This document shows, one piece after another, positions 61,126 to 64,000 of a stretch of 64,000 nt of DNA. This stretch comes from Moniliella sp. 'wahieum' (Eukaryota), in assembly GCA_003971905.1 (NCBI GenBank), contig RSEE01000128.1, positions 62,001-126,000 of the forward strand, given 5' to 3'. The first letter of the stretch is position 1. The number at the start of each line of letters is the position of its first letter. Position numbers and translations under genes: made by a program. The notes under the pieces are model-generated. The model was not told the origin of the DNA, made no database searches, and saw only the letters and a program-made list of their open reading frames with translations.

Positions 61126-62383
61126 TTACTTCTCTTCCGGCTCTCATTCCCTTCCTCGGCATCAAAGTCGACAATATCAGCATCATGCTGGTTGTCCTCC
61201 TCGTCCTCCCTTCGAACGGGAGATCCGGGTCAAAGGCACCGTCTTGGGAGGTGGCGAGCCAAGCGTCGCGCGCTGGCATACCTCGTCGCACATCGTTCCA
61301 TTCGGGTGGTTGTCCCATAACTCCTCGTCCTCCGGGTCGGGCATCTCAAGTCGCTTGAGCATCCGTTCGTGTCGGCGCATCAGCGATGATGAGGACATGC
61401 CTCGCGACCCATGCGAGCGCTTGGAAGCAACGTGTACGCACGGTACCATTTGCCCAGCGAGCGCAAGTCGCCACTCGCCCGAAACGCTGCGTTCTGCCTC
61501 GACCCAAAGCTGTCGGGGGGTGGGCAACATGCCAAAGGGGAAAGCAGCCTTGACGTAGCCGTTGAAGCAAGGAACTTGGTCGCGTCAACCATAAATTGCT
61601 TGGCCTGCGCCGCCGACGGATTGGAAGAGGAGGTAACGCCGTATTCGGTCACGTAGATGGGCTTGTTGGGCCACCGGCTGTGGATGCGGGAGATGTAGGA
61701 CTTGAACTTGTTGAGACTGCCATGTCCCAACCACCATAAAAGTGCCGACAAAAAGTCGACATCGCCACCTAGAAGAGCACCAGCGATGTGTCAGCGTTCA
61801 AACCACCTCGCCGTATGCACGCATCAACGGGGAGGGGGGGTCTGAGGACGTACCTTGCTTGTGAAGAATGCGCATAATATAAATCTCGAGCCACTGACAT
61901 TGTAGCAGATGGAGGGGGAGGAGATGCGCGATCCATACGCCTGCCGGAGCGGTGCAAGCTCACGCTGGAACGCCTTGGCAGCGCAGACGGTGTGTAGTCT
62001 GATTGGGTCGACACGTCCGGCTCGTTGTAGGCGAGCACAGCGTGGGGCGGGATTGCGCAAACGTACTCTCACCTGCTTCCACGCCGCGTTTTGCTGGCGG
62101 CCCAGCTGTGTAAAAAAGGGGGTCAGAACAAGAGGGGGGGGAGGGGAGAAGGAAGGAGGGTGCGTACCGCATGGGAATGAAACGGATGCCGCTGTCGCTC
62201 AGCGACGACACGGCACCCATCTGCCAGTGGTGGTAGAGGTCAATGTTGGCATTGCCAGTCAACTGGTGGGCCCACTCGTTGTCGGCGGCCCAGGCAAGGC
62301 CGAGAGGAAGGCATTGGCGGGGGAGGCGAGGAGGGCGAGCACTGCCAGCAGCGCTGCGAGGAGGGGGAGGAGGGAGTGCGCAT
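61126..62383 (-). CDS. Secreted GH128 (Asl1-like) beta-1,3-glucanase with an acidic C-terminal tail; several short introns
   Basis: Signal peptide LLAALLAVLALLASPANA, IRFIPM, acid/base AYNEPD, RISSPS, nucleophile KPIYVTEYG and LRSLGKWY. Confidence 0.88.
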
Positions 62384-64000
62384 GGGGCAGGCGTGGATGG
62401 CCGTCAGACCAAAGAGAATGTGGGGGGCGGGGTCGGGGATGAAGGGGAAGATGAAGATGGAGAGGGTGGGAGATGGGGCTACCGGTTCCCATCTTCGGAT
62501 CTCAGGCCTCTGAGGCTGAGGCGTCACAATCAGAGCTTCCAGTGCCTCCACTCCGCCCTCAGGCATCATATCATCGATCATCGACATGGGGATCATCGAG
62601 ATCATCTCGGGCATCCCCAGACACGCCGCGATGGGCATCCCAACGCACCGAGCCACGCAAGACCAGAGCGGCGGTTACGCTGAGGCACAGCAAGACACTG
62701 CCGGGCGAACAATGGCCCCGAACTGCCGTTGGGCTGGGCCACAAGACAGGCCCGTGCGGTCCCCGCGCCACGAGCGATCCCGCGCGGGGGCAGTATGGCC
62801 GCCTCGCGTGCCAGAGCGGCGGGGGGCGATCCTGATCAGCATGATCGATGATGCACGATGCATGATGCTCAGTGCCATGGAGGCGAAAACTGCCCCCCAC
62901 TCGCCACTGTCCGAGCAACTGGCTTGCCCGCCGATCACACTGCCCGTCTGCCCGTCCGAACACCTGCACAGCTCGCCCATCTCCCATGCCACATGTGCCA
63001 TGTTCCTTTCGGCCCGCCTGGCGGTTGTGCGTGCTGTGCTGCCCCCACCGGGTGTGTATATTCTCCTCGATCTCCTCGCTTACGCTGGGCCGACCCCTTC
63101 GATTCGATCACCCATCCCGCCGTTCAGTACGTTCAGTAGGCTCGGTACGTTCAACGTTCTGTGTCTCAGCAGACCAGCTGAGTTGCTCACCAGTGCTCTT
63201 GTCACCGCAATTATGGCCGTAATGCATACTCGGTATCCGCGGTAACCGGTAACCGGTAATCGATAATCCAGAGACCCCTGAATACATGATGCACGATGCG
63301 TGATCGACTTGATCCCCATCCCAGCACTGCTTTGGGCGTGAACCTGTGCGGGTGCAGAGCAGACAGACAGAAGGTGTAAACGAATGGATGAAGAGAAGAA
63401 AGGGCAGAACCCGCCGGACTGGGAACGGAACCCGGGCGGAATCACCCAGGAGCCCGTGCCCATCCACACAGAACCATCCTTCTCGTCATGTTTGGGTGGT
63501 GGGTATCGAAGACCTTTACTTCCATACGTGCCTATACTCTTTGCCCATCCTCCATCTCCCGCACCCTCCAGAAAGCACATACTGGTATTGGCTGATTATT
63601 AGTGCCCGTGGGCACTTCCTCACCGTATGTATATGTTCAGTCCGTTCAACCGAATGGTGTGCTCACGCACCTCCACCATCACTGCAGTACAGATAAATAT
63701 TGGTCTACGTTCTCTCAGCCACTCTATTGGGATAGCAGAACTGAATAAAGCTGGTGGTTCAAAGAAAAGTGTGTTTGGGCCTAGAGAGGAAATTGGAGGA
63801 ACGAATCAGAGAAAGTGGCCCTAGGTCACCAGAAGCCGGAGTGAGCTGTGGGTTCAATCCGGCGGTCGGAACCAGACGCTGTTCTCTGATCTCGGTGCGT
63901 ACTCAGTACTGATCCAGCAGGCCAGAAGTACCCTTTTTGGGAGCTTTCAACTCACCTATATCTGACGTTAAACTATGTTTTGTTCTGCTACAAATAGACG

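Noticed and set aside
63845..63875. GGTTCAATCC...ACCA resembling a tRNA T-loop and 3' end
   Set aside because: The T-stem does not pair, and no matching acceptor stem, D-arm or anticodon arm lies upstream.
1..64000. Programmed frameshifting, alternative genetic code or genome-wide pseudogenisation
   Set aside because: The shifts occur at arbitrary homopolymers in unrelated essential genes, and genes end at normal stops; sequencing error is the simpler explanation.
62450..64000. ORF 62586-63245 and short tandem units (GATCATC, CCGGTAA)
   Set aside because: No recognisable protein features; looks like GH128 upstream intergenic DNA with slippage repeats.

Overview
Eukaryotic, very GC-rich, gene-dense fungal DNA with short GT..CTRAC..AG introns. 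The gene set and protein style suggest a basidiomycete yeast or smut (Ustilaginomycotina-like; inference). Almost every gene, including essential ones, is broken by single-base indels, mostly in homopolymers. This is the signature of an unpolished long-read consensus, so I rebuilt gene models by stitching frames and the boundaries are approximate. Recognisable genes in order: CaMKK/Ssp1-type kinase, GMP synthase, COP9 subunit 1, a membrane-anchored alpha/beta hydrolase, prefoldin 6, a DOCK-family GEF, PER1, an FMO, a GNAT, a Cdc48 N-domain-only paralog, HAT1, ISWI, a small secreted protein, eIF2B-beta, a C2H2/fungal-specific TF, NAA10, EFL1/RIA1, COX6A, a ubiquitin-like/bromodomain-like orphan, a mitochondrial membrane orphan, MRPL7 and a GH128 glucanase. 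The most interesting observations are: (1) a spliced, cleanly terminated Cdc48/p97 N-domain-only gene with no ATPase; (2) two small zinc-finger genes invisible in the ORF track; (3) an identical 14-bp telobox-like element in inverted orientation upstream of CSN1 and PFD6, bracketing the hydrolase gene; (4) orphan genes in lower-GC islands. I could not support any rRNA, tRNA, CRISPR array or intact transposon.
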